Below, in pieces: positions 29,411-38,304 of a stretch of 52,728 nt of DNA. Numbering within the stretch: position 1 is the first letter of the stretch; every line of letters starts with the position of its first letter. The notes under the pieces were generated by a model, which saw only the letters and a program-made list of their open reading frames with translations, was not told where the DNA came from and did not search any database. The stretch is from an uncultured Erysipelotrichaceae bacterium. Lineage in GTDB: Bacteria > Bacillota_I > Bacilli_A > RF39 > UBA660. A program made the position numbers and the translations under genes. The stretch spans positions 1 to 52,728 of the forward strand of contig CACZQJ010000074.1 of NCBI GenBank assembly GCA_902783265.1. The letters are read 5' to 3'.

Positions 29411-29440
29411 ATTCAAAAAAACTAGATATAAATCTAGTTT
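29411..29440 (-). terminator. Intrinsic terminator after the GltD-like/SDR operon
   Basis: 9-bp hairpin aaactagat (29419-29427) / atctagttt (29432-29440), followed on the minus strand by TTTTTTGAATAC. Confidence 0.55.
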
Positions 29441-30198
29441 TAAACGCAGGTATATCCACCATCAATTGGAAGTATTACGCCGGTTACATATGATGCTTCA
29501 TCTGAAGCTAGGAAAATTGCGCCGGCATTTAGTTCTCCAGCATGCCCATATCTAGCCATTGGTACTGTTTGTTTCATGTAATTTGTAAATTTTTCGGTTT
29601 TTAAAACTTCGCTTGTAAGTTCTGTTTCAAAGTATCCTGGGCAAATGGCGTTACAAGTAATATTATATTTTGCAAGTTCAGCTGCTACTGCTCTAGTGAA
29701 ATTTACAACTCCACCTTTTGATGAATGATAGGCAACGGTGTTTAAAGCAGTGTTACCTACAAGTCCATACATTGAAGCAATATTTATAATTCTTCCATAA
29801 TTATTTTTTTTCATAATATTGGCAAAAGCTCTTGTTACTTTAAAAACTGAGGTTTGGTCTGTGGAAATAGTGAAGTCCCACTGTTCATCGGTCATTTCAA
29901 GAACCCCGGCGTCTTTTGAAGAACCGGCACAGTTAACTAAAATATCAATTTTACCAAATTCGGCTTCGGCTTTTTTTGCAGCTTCATTTACTTCATCAGT
30001 ATTTGTTACATCACATTTTATTGGTAAGACTTTTATGCCTTCTTTTTCTAACTCTTCTTTATATTCTTCTAATCTTTCTATTCTTCTAGCCATTATTACT
30101 AGGTCAGCGCCTTGTTTGGCAAATGCCATAGCCATTTGTTTTCCTAATCCTGAGCTTGCTCCAGTTATTGCGGCTACTCTTCCTTTTAAATTAAACAT
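29440..30198 (-). CDS. Short-chain dehydrogenase/reductase (SDR) family oxidoreductase
   Basis: 252 aa with the cofactor motif ITGASSGLG, an NAG-like segment VNCAGS and the catalytic YHSSKGG. It overlaps the upstream gene by 8 nt. Confidence 0.9.
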   Translation of the reverse strand: MFNLKGRVAAITGASSGLGKQMAMAFAKQGADLVIMARRIERLEEYKEELEKEGIKVLPIKCDVTNTDEVNEAAKKAEAEFGKIDILVNCAGSSKDAGVLEMTDEQWDFTISTDQTSVFKVTRAFANIMKKNNYGRIINIASMYGLVGNTALNTVAYHSSKGGVVNFTRAVAAELAKYNITCNAICPGYFETELTSEVLKTEKFTNYMKQTVPMARYGHAGELNAGAIFLASDEASYVTGVILPIDGGYTCV

Positions 30199-31450
30199 TT
30201 TTATTTCCTTCTTTCTTTTTTAAATATTCTATTATTTCGTAAGCTGCATTACGGCCAGCACGAGCTGCCCAAGCAACTGTTCCGATACTTCCGGCGGCAT
30301 CTCCCCCGGCAAATACTTTCTTTTTAGATGTATGCCCTTTTTTATCTATTTTTATTTTTCCATTTTTTGTTAACTCTAGATTTAAACTATTCATTGTTCT
30401 TCTATTGGCATGTGATCCAATAGCGCTTATAACGTAGTCGCAGTCCATTTTATGCCTTGATCCTCTTACATTTTCAAGAAGCTCTTTGCCATCTACTTTT
30501 TTATACCTTGTTTTTATGAGTTCAACGCCTTTTACTTTGTTTTTTCCTAATATTTTTATGATGTTGTTTTTAAATATGAATTTTACACCATCTTTTTTTG
30601 CAGCCATTACTTCGTCTAGATCGGCTGTGAGTTCAGCTTCTTCCTTACGGTAAACAATAATTACGTTTTTAGCTCCTTTTCTTTTAACGGTTCTGGCTAC
30701 ATCAATTGAGACGTTGCCACCACCTAAAACTATTATGGTTTTGTCTTGACAGTCTAACTCAGTTTTATTTTCTAAAAATGCATTGCCTCCATATACTCCT
30801 TTTAATTTCTCGCCAGGAATTTTCATTTTATTTGGCATGTTGGCGCCTATGCTGATGAATACAGCGTCGTATTTTCTTTCTAATTGTTTTAAAGTAATGG
30901 TTTTTCCAAGAACTTCATTATATTTTACTTCTATACCTAAGTCGATTATTTTTTTTATGGTTTTTTCAGTAATATCACGAGGCAATCTAAAACTTGGAAT
31001 TCCGTGGTAAAGTAAGCCACCTAAATGGTCATGCTTTTCATATATTGTAACATTTATACCATTTTTCTTTAAAAATGCTGCGCACGTTAATCCGGCGGGC
31101 CCTCCACCCACTACAGCAACGTGATATGCGGAATTTGTTTTACCTCTAATTTTCCAATTATTTTTTATGGCCAAATCTCCAACAAAGGCTTCTAAAGCTC
31201 CAATTTTAACTGGTGATTTTTTTATTTCTCTTAAGCAGGCCCCTTGACATTGTTTTTCGTGGGGGCATACTCTTCCGCAAACACTTTCTAAGACGGTTGT
31301 TTTGGATAGTATGTTATAGGCTTCTTTATAATTTTCTTCTTTTACACTTTTAATAAATCCTTTGATATCATTATCAAGAGGACAGCCTACAATGCAACCT
31401 GGCTTTGTACACATTTCACATCTATTTGCTTTTTCTTTTATTTTTTGCAT
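30191..31450 (-). CDS. NAD(P)H-dependent FeS/FAD oxidoreductase, glutamate synthase small-subunit (GltD)-like
   Basis: 419 aa with N-terminal Cys clusters (CEMCTKPGCIVGCP; CGRVCPHEKQCQGAC) and two dinucleotide-binding motifs (VVGGGPAGL, VLGGGNVSID). Confidence 0.85.
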   Translation of the reverse strand: MQKIKEKANRCEMCTKPGCIVGCPLDNDIKGFIKSVKEENYKEAYNILSKTTVLESVCGRVCPHEKQCQGACLREIKKSPVKIGALEAFVGDLAIKNNWKIRGKTNSAYHVAVVGGGPAGLTCAAFLKKNGINVTIYEKHDHLGGLLYHGIPSFRLPRDITEKTIKKIIDLGIEVKYNEVLGKTITLKQLERKYDAVFISIGANMPNKMKIPGEKLKGVYGGNAFLENKTELDCQDKTIIVLGGGNVSIDVARTVKRKGAKNVIIVYRKEEAELTADLDEVMAAKKDGVKFIFKNNIIKILGKNKVKGVELIKTRYKKVDGKELLENVRGSRHKMDCDYVISAIGSHANRRTMNSLNLELTKNGKIKIDKKGHTSKKKVFAGGDAAGSIGTVAWAARAGRNAAYEIIEYLKKKEGNKNV

Positions 31451-31538
31451 ATGGTTTGCACCCTTACTTTCCTATATTCATTATACTATAAATTTGATAA
31501 AAATAAAATGAATCTTTTGATTCACTTTATATTTGACA

Positions 31539-31928
31539 TTATTTTATGTACTTTTCACCATATCCTCTTTTTATATAAACTACATACCATGTATGTACAT
31601 ATATTGTCATTACTACAAAAAGCGTCCATCCTACTACCGGGATAATTATGCTTATAATCCAAAAATATGGGTAGTTATAAAATATATCTAATGGCACGCT
31701 TAGTTTTTTGCATACTTTGCATCCTATTTCAATATAAAAGATGAAAAACATTAATATACCTGGAATAATCCCGCAAATAAAGCTTAAAATCCAATAATAT
31801 TTGTTGGAATACCAGGAATCTTTTTCATATATTTTTAATTTTTTGGCAATATAAAAAGTAAATAAGCCTAGGGTTATAATGTTTAAAAACAAGCATAGAA
31901 GATAGTTTTTCCTTTTTAACATTTTCAT
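31539..31928 (-). CDS. Small polytopic membrane protein (DUF4234-like)
   Basis: 129 aa with 3-4 TM segments and an N-terminal NIITLGLFTFYIAKKL segment reminiscent of DUF4234. Confidence 0.5.
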   Translation of the reverse strand: MKMLKRKNYLLCLFLNIITLGLFTFYIAKKLKIYEKDSWYSNKYYWILSFICGIIPGILMFFIFYIEIGCKVCKKLSVPLDIFYNYPYFWIISIIIPVVGWTLFVVMTIYVHTWYVVYIKRGYGEKYIK

Positions 31929-31935
31929 ATATCAT

Positions 31936-31961
31936 AACAAAAAAAGATATTTAATATCTTT
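31936..31961 (-). terminator. Intrinsic terminator immediately after the flp pilin gene
   Basis: 8-bp hairpin aaagatat (31943-31950) / atatcttt (31954-31961), then TTTTTGTTATG on the minus strand. Confidence 0.55.
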
Positions 31962-32152
31962 TATTGACAAGAACCCTCTCCAGGATGTGCACCTTCAACG
32001 TACTCTTTATCTATTAATTTACAAGAAGATTTTGTCATTGAATCTTGAACATATCCACCTAATAATCTAACAACACTTACCACAATAACACTTATAACTG
32101 CAATAATTAATAAATATTCAACTAATGCTTGTCCCTTATTATTTAACTTCAT
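31961..32152 (-). CDS. flp: Flp/Fap-family type IVb pilin
   Basis: 63 aa, MKLNNKG/QALVEYLLIIAVISVIVVSVV, matching the Flp motif G-XXXX-EY followed by a hydrophobic helix. The leader is near-identical to the two TadE-like proteins at 19459-20167. Strong RBS GGAGG 7 nt before the ATG. Confidence 0.75.
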   Translation of the reverse strand: MKLNNKGQALVEYLLIIAVISVIVVSVVRLLGGYVQDSMTKSSCKLIDKEYVEGAHPGEGSCQ

Positions 32153-32181
32153 ATTATAGCCTCCAAATATTTTCTACTTCC

Positions 32182-32210
32182 ATTATAATTTAATTTTTAT
32201 AAAAAATCAA
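32182..32210 (-). promoter_or_regulatory. Promoter of flp
   Basis: Minus strand TTGATT (32205-32210) - 17 nt - TATAAT (32182-32187). Confidence 0.5.
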
Positions 32211-32245
32211 TAGGTATATTAATATTATTTATATACACGTTTTCA

Positions 32246-32274
32246 TTTACAAAAAAAAGTATAAATGTTATATT
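32246..32274 (+). promoter_or_regulatory. Putative promoter of the DUF192 gene (extended -10)
   Basis: TTTACA (32246-32251) - 17 nt (ending TGt) - TATATT (32269-32274). Confidence 0.4.
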
Positions 32275-32289
32275 AAAAATGGTGATTAT

Positions 32290-32574
32290 ATGGATGTAAG
32301 GTTTGCGGATACTTTTTTTAAAAGGTTAAAGGGTCTTATGTTTGTTAAAGATTTCAATTATGTACTTAAATTTGAGTGTAATGGGATTCATACTTTTTTT
32401 ATGAAAACTAATATTGATGTTATTTTAACGGATAAAAACAATAATGTTTTATATATCTATCAAAATGTAAAGCCTTGGAAAATTATTTTACCTAAAAAAA
32501 ATGTTGCTTATACTTATGAAATGCCGGCTGGGTGTTTAAAAAAATTTATGGCTAGTAACGCATTAAAAAAGTGA
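32290..32574 (+). CDS. DUF192 (UPF0127) family protein
   Basis: 94 aa. The segments FKRLKGLMF ... GIHTFFMKTNIDVILTD ... YEMPAG follow the DUF192 pattern as I remember it. RBS is GGTGA. Confidence 0.55.
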   Translation: MDVRFADTFFKRLKGLMFVKDFNYVLKFECNGIHTFFMKTNIDVILTDKNNNVLYIYQNVKPWKIILPKKNVAYTYEMPAGCLKKFMASNALKK

Positions 32575-32578
32575 GATG

Positions 32579-32863
32579 TTATTCTGGATAAACACTCACT
32601 TGTTTTTTATCTTTTCCTAAACGCTCAAACTTAACTTTACCTGCTATTTTGGCAAACAAAGTATCATCTTTACCGATTCCTACATTAACGCCTGGATAAA
32701 TTTTAGTTCCTCTTTGACGATATAAAATAGATCCTCCGCTAACTACTTCCCCATCAGCGGCTTTCGCACCAAGTCTTTTTGATTCAGAATCTCTACCGTT
32801 TTTAGTTGAACCTTGTCCTTTTTTGTGGGCGAAAAGTTGGATATCTAATTTTAACATTGTCAT
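32579..32863 (-). CDS. rpmA: 50S ribosomal protein L27 (with cleavable N-terminal extension)
   Basis: [32 protein letters not shown] is the Firmicute L27 pro-sequence plus the conserved core. Confidence 0.97.
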   Translation of the reverse strand: MTMLKLDIQLFAHKKGQGSTKNGRDSESKRLGAKAADGEVVSGGSILYRQRGTKIYPGVNVGIGKDDTLFAKIAGKVKFERLGKDKKQVSVYPE

Positions 32864-32866
32864 AAA

Positions 32867-33160
32867 CTACACCTCCTCGATTTGTATATTTTTTTTATAT
32901 TGTAATTTTAATTCTTTTAATAAATTTATCATGTTTGAAATTAAAGCATCGACTTCTTTTGTATGTTTTAAAATATCTATTTCTATTAAGCCTTCTGCTT
33001 TCTTATATTCAATAGAATCTTTGTCAATACTAAGTATCCCATTTATACTAGTAATAACAATACTTGAAAGAGCTGCACATACAATATCTTTTCCGTACTC
33101 ACTATACATCGCATGACCTTTAATTTCAATGTGGTTTTTACTTATTTTAATTTTTGTCAT
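32867..33160 (-). CDS. prp: Ribosomal-processing cysteine protease Prp (YsxB family)
   Basis: 97 aa with GHAMYSEYGKDIVCAALSS (His/Cys dyad region); conserved position between rplU and rpmA. Confidence 0.85.
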   Translation of the reverse strand: MTKIKISKNHIEIKGHAMYSEYGKDIVCAALSSIVITSINGILSIDKDSIEYKKAEGLIEIDILKHTKEVDALISNMINLLKELKLQYKKNIQIEEV

Positions 33161-33459
33161 TATTTTACTAACTTAGTAATTTCAACCTTAGTATATGGTT
33201 GACGATGTCCTTGAGTTCTACGGTACTTTTTCTTTTGTCTATATTTATATACTTTTATTTTTTTACTTTTACCTTGTTTTAAAACTTTGGCTTCAACTTT
33301 TGCACCTTTTACTAAAGGTGTTCCTGTAGTACCACCAATCATTAAAACTTCGTCAAAAGTAACTGTAGAATCAACTGGTGCGTCTATTTTTTCAAGATAT
33401 AAAACGCTGCCCTCTTCGACATAATATTGTTTGCCGCCAGTACTAATTACTGCTTTCAT
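33160..33459 (-). CDS. rplU: 50S ribosomal protein L21
   Basis: The ATG at 33459 is preceded by AAGGAGG and gives [18 protein letters not shown]..., 99 aa. The longer track ORF (to 33591) is read-through of the leader. Confidence 0.95.
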   Translation of the reverse strand: MKAVISTGGKQYYVEEGSVLYLEKIDAPVDSTVTFDEVLMIGGTTGTPLVKGAKVEAKVLKQGKSKKIKVYKYRQKKKYRRTQGHRQPYTKVEITKLVK

Positions 33460-33560
33460 ATTAAACCTCCTTTGTAATCTAAGACTCGCCATTAAGGTAA
33501 TATTTGAAATATTTTTGAAACCTTTTTTGTGCGGTTGTAGAGGAAGCTCTACACAATTAA
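33460..33560 (-). promoter_or_regulatory. Possible L21 (rplU) leader
   Basis: About 100-nt untranslated region with the hairpin gtagag (33537-33542) / ctctac (33547-33552). An rplU leader RNA is known in Firmicutes; I cannot verify the covariance model by eye. Confidence 0.3.
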
Positions 33561-33565
33561 AGATT

Positions 33566-34318
33566 TTACCATGTTTTTCTAGTAAAGTCAAACTTTTTCT
33601 TAAGAATTTCTCTTTCGGTAACGTATATTTTCCCGTTATAAAAAATATGCCTATAGTCTCTTTGCATTTTGTTTAAGTTTAATGATTTGATTGTTTTACT
33701 TTTTTTAAATGGTAAGTCATACATATATCTTTCTAATAAAAATTTTTGAAATATGTTATTGTGATTTTTGTATTCTTCAATTACTTTTGTAAGTATTAGG
33801 CTTAATATTAGAGTTAAGATTAAATTTAAATTTGATTTTATTATAACAACTAATATAATAATAAAAGATATGTATATTGTCATTAAATGACTTTTTTTAA
33901 AGCTTAAAAATTTATTTAATATTAGGTTTAATATTTTGGCTCCATCTAATGGCCATATCGGCAATAAATTAAACAGTAACAAGGCATTACTATAGTTTAA
34001 AATGGTTTCTGAATTTATACAAATACTAAGTACTATCTGAAAGATCGGCCCAAAAATGGCGATTAAAAATTCCTCTTTTACTGGCCTGTTTATTTTTTCA
34101 TTAAAGATAGTTATAGCGCCAAAAGGAAGGATAACTATTTTTTCGATTTTCCATTTTAAAATAATAGCGGTTAAAATGTGGCCTAACTCGTGTATTATAA
34201 TTATTAGATTAAATATTAAAAATCCTTTAAATTTTCCAGTTATGGAACATATAAAGGCCGCAAAAAAATAAAAAGGATGGATTTTAAATGTATTTTTTAT
34301 AATCAAGATTTTTTCCAT
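33566..34318 (-). CDS. spoIVFB: Site-2 metalloprotease, M50 family (SpoIVFB-like)
   Basis: 250 aa, polytopic, with HELGH in a TM ([12 protein letters not shown]) and the second M50 motif [10 protein letters not shown]. Same position upstream of rplU as B. subtilis spoIVFB. Confidence 0.8.
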   Translation of the reverse strand: MEKILIIKNTFKIHPFYFFAAFICSITGKFKGFLIFNLIIIIHELGHILTAIILKWKIEKIVILPFGAITIFNEKINRPVKEEFLIAIFGPIFQIVLSICINSETILNYSNALLLFNLLPIWPLDGAKILNLILNKFLSFKKSHLMTIYISFIIILVVIIKSNLNLILTLILSLILTKVIEEYKNHNNIFQKFLLERYMYDLPFKKSKTIKSLNLNKMQRDYRHIFYNGKIYVTEREILKKKFDFTRKTW

Positions 34319-34841
34319 CCTTAGTAAATACTAAAATTAAGGTTTTACTTTCTGCTTCACCAATTATATTTCCCTTTTTTAAGTAGTCATACATACTTAC
34401 TTTGATGTCTTTTAAGTTGGAATACCATATTTCAACTTCATCTGGTCCCTCTACTATTACGGTTTTACCATATCCTTCTTTTTCACCAGTGAATATTACT
34501 ATTCCGCTATTTAAAATTGGAACTGTATAATTTTCTGATACGGTGAGTTTTACCCCGTCTTTATACTTTTCAAAGTTTTCATACTCTATTTTTTCTGATG
34601 ATACTAATGCGGTTTTATTGTCGCCTGTAAGTGGTAAGGAAGATCCAAAATATTTTTCATATAATTCGTTTATTTTGGCAAATTTTAAATTATTTTGAAA
34701 AACATTTTTATATATGAATGTTCTTGCATTAGGGCTGCCTTTAAGAATTATAAGTCCTATTAATACCAAAATAATACATATCAAAGTTCGACTACAAAAT
34801 TTTGAAAATTTATTTGTTTTTTTCATATTTGCTTTTTTCAT
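34284..34841 (-). CDS. Membrane-anchored degenerate LytM/M23-domain protein (SpoIVFA-like)
   Basis: 185 aa with an N-terminal TM and a C-terminal M23-like fold (GIVIFTGEKEGYGKTVIVEGPDEVEIWYSNL...GNIIGEA) lacking the catalytic His residues. It overlaps and precedes the M50 protease. Confidence 0.55.
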   Translation of the reverse strand: MKKANMKKTNKFSKFCSRTLICIILVLIGLIILKGSPNARTFIYKNVFQNNLKFAKINELYEKYFGSSLPLTGDNKTALVSSEKIEYENFEKYKDGVKLTVSENYTVPILNSGIVIFTGEKEGYGKTVIVEGPDEVEIWYSNLKDIKVSMYDYLKKGNIIGEAESKTLILVFTKDGKNLDYKKYI

Positions 34842-34913
34842 ATAATCACCTATAATACCATATTTAATTATTCTTAATTTTAGAACTTTAACATATAATT
34901 AAATGGTGAAAGT

Positions 34914-36230
34914 ATGAAAATAAAAGATATTCTAGAAGCAACTGGTGGAACTTTTAATAATGCTATAGGTTTAGATACTGAAATAAAGGATATTAAAATA
35001 GATAGCAGAAAAATTTCTAATGGAGATGTTTTTGTGGCTATTGCCGGGTCTAATTTTGATGGCCATGATTTTGCAGATGAAGCCATTAATAATGGAGCTT
35101 TGATGATTATATCTTCTAGGGATATTATTCAAAACATTCCTTACATTAAAACAGACGATACTATTAAGGCTTTAGGTGATATAGCAAGTTATTTAATTAA
35201 TAAGTATAAGCCTAAGGTTATTGGAATTACTGGTAGTACTGGGAAAACTACTACTAGGAATCTTATATATCATCTTCTTAGAGAGAAATATAATTGCTTA
35301 ACCAATGAAAAAAATTATAATAATAATGTGGGGGTTCCTCTTACAATTTTTAATCTTAAAAAAAATACTGACTTTTTAATTTTAGAACTCGGAATGAATC
35401 ATCCTTTAGAAATTTCTTATTTATCAAAAATGATAAAACCTGATGTTAGTATAATTACGAATATTGGATCGTCACATATTGGTTTTTTAAAGGGAAAAGA
35501 AAATATTTTGAAAGCAAAGTTAGAAATACTTGATGGAATGGATGAAAAAATATTATTTATAAATGGTGATGATCCTTTATTAAAAAATATTAACGGGGTA
35601 AAAAAAATCAGCTCAGGAATTACTTGCGATAACGATTTAATTATTTATAATGTTAAAAGTGATTTATATACCTCTTCTTTCAATTTAAAATATAATAATT
35701 TAGAATATTTTATAGAAGTTAAGCTTCCTTATCATTTAATAAGTGATGTTTTACTTGCTATAAATGTGGCTTTATATTATAAAATTGATATGGATATTAT
35801 TGCTAAAAGCTTGAAGAGTTATAAAAGCATTGATAAAAGGATGGATATTTTAAAGGATAAAAATAATAATACAATTATTAATGATTGCTATAATTCATCT
35901 TTTGAATCTTTAACTGGGGTTTTAAATTTATTACAAAGAGAAACGCAGAAAAAATTACTAATTTTAGGTGATATCAAGGAACTTGGAAGTTATAGCAAAA
36001 AAATTCATGCGAGTATTAAGCCTTATTTAGATAAAATAGATAATAAAAACGTGTTTTTGGTTGGTGAAGAAATGAAATTTCTAAAAACTAATGCAAAATA
36101 CTTTAATAATTATAGTGAGGTTATTTCTTATTTAAAAACAAAAAATATTAAAGACACTTTGATTTTAATTAAGGGCTCTAGGAGTTTGCGATTAGAAAAT
36201 ATTTGTGATTATTTTATAAAAAGTTCATAA
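34914..36230 (+). CDS. murF: UDP-N-acetylmuramoyl-tripeptide--D-alanyl-D-alanine ligase
   Basis: 438 aa with the P-loop VIGITGSTGKTTT and the MurF-type motifs INDCYNSS and LGDIKELG. Confidence 0.93.
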   Translation: MKIKDILEATGGTFNNAIGLDTEIKDIKIDSRKISNGDVFVAIAGSNFDGHDFADEAINNGALMIISSRDIIQNIPYIKTDDTIKALGDIASYLINKYKPKVIGITGSTGKTTTRNLIYHLLREKYNCLTNEKNYNNNVGVPLTIFNLKKNTDFLILELGMNHPLEISYLSKMIKPDVSIITNIGSSHIGFLKGKENILKAKLEILDGMDEKILFINGDDPLLKNINGVKKISSGITCDNDLIIYNVKSDLYTSSFNLKYNNLEYFIEVKLPYHLISDVLLAINVALYYKIDMDIIAKSLKSYKSIDKRMDILKDKNNNTIINDCYNSSFESLTGVLNLLQRETQKKLLILGDIKELGSYSKKIHASIKPYLDKIDNKNVFLVGEEMKFLKTNAKYFNNYSEVISYLKTKNIKDTLILIKGSRSLRLENICDYFIKSS

Positions 36231-36250
36231 ATTAATATGAACTTTTTTTG
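36217..36250. terminator. Bidirectional terminator built from the 3' ends of convergent murF and mreD
   Basis: 11-bp hairpin aaaagttcata (36220-36230) / tatgaactttt (36237-36247) with the loop aattaa, A-run before and T-run after. Both stop codons lie in or next to the loop. Confidence 0.5.
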
Positions 36251-36726
36251 ATTTTAAATTTTTTGCTGATAAAGTTTGTTATAAGCGTCATTGTTATAAC
36301 AAATATAATATTTACTAATATTGAATTATATATTCCTTTAAACAAAGAGTGGTAATCGAAAATAAGGTTGCCAGTTATAACCATTAAAATATATGTTACA
36401 CTTCTATAAACTATAATTAGCATTAAAGTGATAATTAATAAATTTATATACGTGTCTGAAAGAACTGATGCTAATTTAACTATGATGCGCGCCATTAATA
36501 AAAACATAAATGCATTAAATATTATAGTATCAGTATATATAAGGTCGTAAAATATGCCTAATATGAAAGAATATTTGTAATATTCTCTTTTATTTCCATT
36601 GAAATATGGGTAAACAATTATTAAGGAAGTTATTGTAAATAGTTGATTCCAGATTCCATTTAGTGGTAGATAATTTGATACTATACCATCTAGTAAAAAC
36701 GAAGTAATTAATATAAATAATTTCAT
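36232..36726 (-). CDS. mreD: Rod shape-determining protein MreD
   Basis: 164 aa, very hydrophobic with about 5 TM segments. It overlaps the mreC stop by 4 nt, the canonical mreC-mreD order. Confidence 0.7.
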   Translation of the reverse strand: MKLFILITSFLLDGIVSNYLPLNGIWNQLFTITSLIIVYPYFNGNKREYYKYSFILGIFYDLIYTDTIIFNAFMFLLMARIIVKLASVLSDTYINLLIITLMLIIVYRSVTYILMVITGNLIFDYHSLFKGIYNSILVNIIFVITMTLITNFISKKFKIKKSSY

Positions 36727-37574
36727 TTTTGTTTCCTTTTAAGAACTGTCACATAGTCTAAATCATTGAAATCAACTGTCGATTTAACTTCAACAACTTT
36801 TGATAGATCAAAATTATCAGTTGTTATTCCTTTTACTTTACCTATTAATAAACCACTTGAAAATGTTGTGCCCATACCTGTAGTTACAACATCAGATCCT
36901 TCAGGTATATCTACGTTTTGGCTGATGCCTTCTACAGTATATGTGTTTGTTTTAGAATCATATTTTGAAATTAATCCATATACATAATTATCACCAACAG
37001 ATATTTTAACACTTATTTTGTCATCCATGTTGTCGTTTGATAATAATTTTACTGTACTATAATGGTTACTTACTTTAATTATTTTACCGATTAAACCTTT
37101 AGATGAAACTACAGCCATTTCTTTTTCTATGCCTTCTTTTTTTCCTTTATCTATGGTAACCTCATCGTACCAGTATCCAATATTTCTTGAAACGATAGTT
37201 GCGTGGCATTCAATTTTGTCGCTTAATAAAGTGTTTAATTTTAACTGTTCTTTAAGCTTTTTTACTTCGCTTTCTAAATTTCTGTTTTCTGATTTCACAG
37301 TGTCTATTTTATCTGTTTGCTCTTTTAATTTTTTATATTTTTGATATATGTTGTTTTTGGCGTGAACATCATCTATTTTGTTTTTTATAAATTTAAATGG
37401 AGTTTCTGTTACTTTTAATACCGTCATTCCTGCATCTTTCACAATTCTTTCTATAGGGTTTAAGTTTCGGTCTTTTTTTAAAGCAATGGCTAGAATTACT
37501 AATGCTATAGCAATGACAATAATAATTAAAATTAGCAAGTAACGTTTGTCAAATTGTTTTTTTTTCTTATACAT
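36723..37574 (-). CDS. mreC: Rod shape-determining protein MreC
   Basis: N-terminal TM, a coiled coil (NRNLESEVKKLKEQLKL) and beta-domains with GLIGKIIKVSNHYSTVKLL. AGGTGA lies 5 nt before the ATG at 37574. Confidence 0.88.
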   Translation of the reverse strand: MYKKKKQFDKRYLLILIIIVIAIALVILAIALKKDRNLNPIERIVKDAGMTVLKVTETPFKFIKNKIDDVHAKNNIYQKYKKLKEQTDKIDTVKSENRNLESEVKKLKEQLKLNTLLSDKIECHATIVSRNIGYWYDEVTIDKGKKEGIEKEMAVVSSKGLIGKIIKVSNHYSTVKLLSNDNMDDKISVKISVGDNYVYGLISKYDSKTNTYTVEGISQNVDIPEGSDVVTTGMGTTFSSGLLIGKVKGITTDNFDLSKVVEVKSTVDFNDLDYVTVLKRKQK

Positions 37575-37620
37575 GATGATCACCTAATAAAATTATAATA
37601 TATTTTTTTCTTAAAACCAA

Positions 37621-38304
37621 CTAAATTCTACCATTTTCTAAAAAACTGTAATATGTTTTCTCGGATACTATTATATGATCTATTAATTTTACTCCGGTTA
37701 AGTTGCCTACTTCTTTTAATCTTTTTGTCGTATTTATGTCATCTTCACTTGGGTTAACATCGCCGCTTGGATGGTTATGAACGCATATTAGAAAGCTGGC
37801 ATTTAACTTGTATGCTTCTTTAAAAATATCTCTTGGATGAATTAATGAGTGATTAACAGTTCCTATAAATATTAATTTATCTTTTATTACTCTTTTTTTC
37901 GCATCTAAATATATGCAGTAAACTTGTTCTTGATATTTATCTATTCTATCCTTATAAAAATCATAAACAGTCTTGGGACTTATTAATTTTATTTTTTCAA
38001 AGGTTTCTATTTTTCTATTCATGCGTCTGCTTAGTTCAATTAGTGTTAATAGGGTGCAAGCTTTGGCTTTCCCTATCCCTTTTATAGCAATTAAGTCATG
38101 AAAGGTAAGATTTCCCAAGTTTTTTATATCTCCTACTTTGCTTAAGATATGTGTTGCTAAATTTTTTACTGATATATCTTTAGTCCCTGAGTTTAAAAGA
38201 ATTGATAATAATTCTTCGTTGCTTAAGTTTTGGGGCCCGTTATTCATAAGTCTTTCTCTTGGACGATCATTAATTGGTATTTTTTTAATTTTTATATTTT
38301 CCAT
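37621..38304 (-). CDS. radC: RadC-family JAB-domain protein (UPF0758)
   Basis: 227 aa with an N-terminal HhH region (ELLSILLNSGTKD) and the JAMM-like motif HNHPSGDVNPSEDD. Confidence 0.92.
   Translation of the reverse strand: MENIKIKKIPINDRPRERLMNNGPQNLSNEELLSILLNSGTKDISVKNLATHILSKVGDIKNLGNLTFHDLIAIKGIGKAKACTLLTLIELSRRMNRKIETFEKIKLISPKTVYDFYKDRIDKYQEQVYCIYLDAKKRVIKDKLIFIGTVNHSLIHPRDIFKEAYKLNASFLICVHNHPSGDVNPSEDDINTTKRLKEVGNLTGVKLIDHIIVSEKTYYSFLENGRI

Noticed and set aside
31539-31928. Possibility that the 129-aa membrane protein next to flp is the missing Flp prepilin peptidase (TadV/CpaA).
   Set aside because: It has only two Asp residues, neither in a GxGD-like context, and its overall pattern resembles DUF4234 small membrane proteins. 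There is no support for an A24 aspartyl protease.
33460-33591. N-terminal 44-aa extension of the L21 ORF (track ORF 33160..33591).
   Set aside because: The extension overlaps the M50 protease gene's end and the leader. A strong AAGGAGG RBS precedes the internal ATG at 33459, which gives a canonical L21 N-terminus.
34880-35086. 68-aa minus-strand ORF at the murF start.
   Set aside because: It is antisense to the well-supported murF, with no RBS and a low-complexity translation.
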